Shown here: positions 63,627 through 64,000 of the stretch, in pieces
Position numbering within the stretch: the first letter of the stretch is position 1
How the letters are laid out: the number at the start of each line of letters is the position of its first letter
Assembly (NCBI GenBank): GCA_000708835.1
Contig: DF237032.1
Coordinates: forward strand, 160,792-224,791
Reading direction: 5' to 3'
Length of the DNA stretch: 64,000 nucleotides
Origin: Klebsormidium nitens
Taxonomy: Eukaryota > Plantae > Klebsormidiophyceae
Notes under the pieces: model-generated
What the model was told of the DNA's origin: nothing
Seen by the model: the letters and a program-made list of their open reading frames with translations, nothing else
Database searches by the model: none
Translations under genes and position numbers: made by a program

Positions 63627-64000
63627 TGGAAAGTCGCTCAGCACAAGCTTGGGGCAAATTCACGGGAGCAATATAGATATAGATTAGCTGGATGCTGGTG
63701 GTCACCCTCTCCTCTTTGTGAGCACTTGGAATCTAGACCGCACCAATTGGGACTTAAGGTCAAGCTTGGTGTCAGCTACGCCACGAAAGATGCTTTCTCT
63801 GACCTTGACAAACGCAATTTACTTCTTAAAATTGTATTCAAACCGAGTAGTTACAATGCTGTGAAGTAATCAATCTGCAGCTCAGATCAACACCTCTGAG
63901 AATTCTAGTAGCTCGCAAGCAGAAGGCTCAAAGATCGAGAGCCCTAGGCCCAGCCCTAAACACCGAGGCTTGGCAATCTGGTCTTGCCCTCCAACAATGA

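Noticed and set aside
1-64000. CRISPR arrays, rRNA, tRNA, prokaryotic operons or defence systems
   Set aside because: None seen; the window is spliceosomal-intron-containing eukaryotic DNA with no repeat-spacer array.

Overview
Intron-rich eukaryotic nuclear DNA from a green plant lineage. The plant-type proteins, GT-AG introns and GC3-rich exons suggest a streptophyte alga such as Klebsormidium, but this is inference only. I spliced ten genes by hand. Plus strand: RRP40 (58-3818), an orphan coiled-coil gene carrying an in-frame TAG (5095-8311), a WDR62/MAPKBP1-like WD40 protein (17817-27711), V-ATPase subunit C (32723-36779), and a two-SPARK-domain receptor whose kinase stops after subdomain II (39984-44636). 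Minus strand: ODR-4 homolog (9754-12752), a 2OG-Fe(II) oxygenase (13664-16889), ASH2/TRAUCO (28378-31573), a secreted Root_cap-domain protein (45828-49186) and xanthine dehydrogenase (51713-63626). I found no rRNA, tRNA, CRISPR array or autonomous transposon. Four observations stand out. (1) XDH introns contain at least 8 tandem 'echo' copies of their own exon-intron junctions, and one more lies in the WD40 gene; the least diverged echoes differ from the real exon almost only at synonymous sites. (2) A four-copy fold-back repeat family has a conserved G/T-rich core flanked by inverted arms that are partly specific to each copy. (3) The SPARK receptor lacks most of its kinase. (4) A Root_cap-family gene occurs in an apparently rootless lineage. 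All coordinates and codon counts were derived by hand and should be re-checked computationally.
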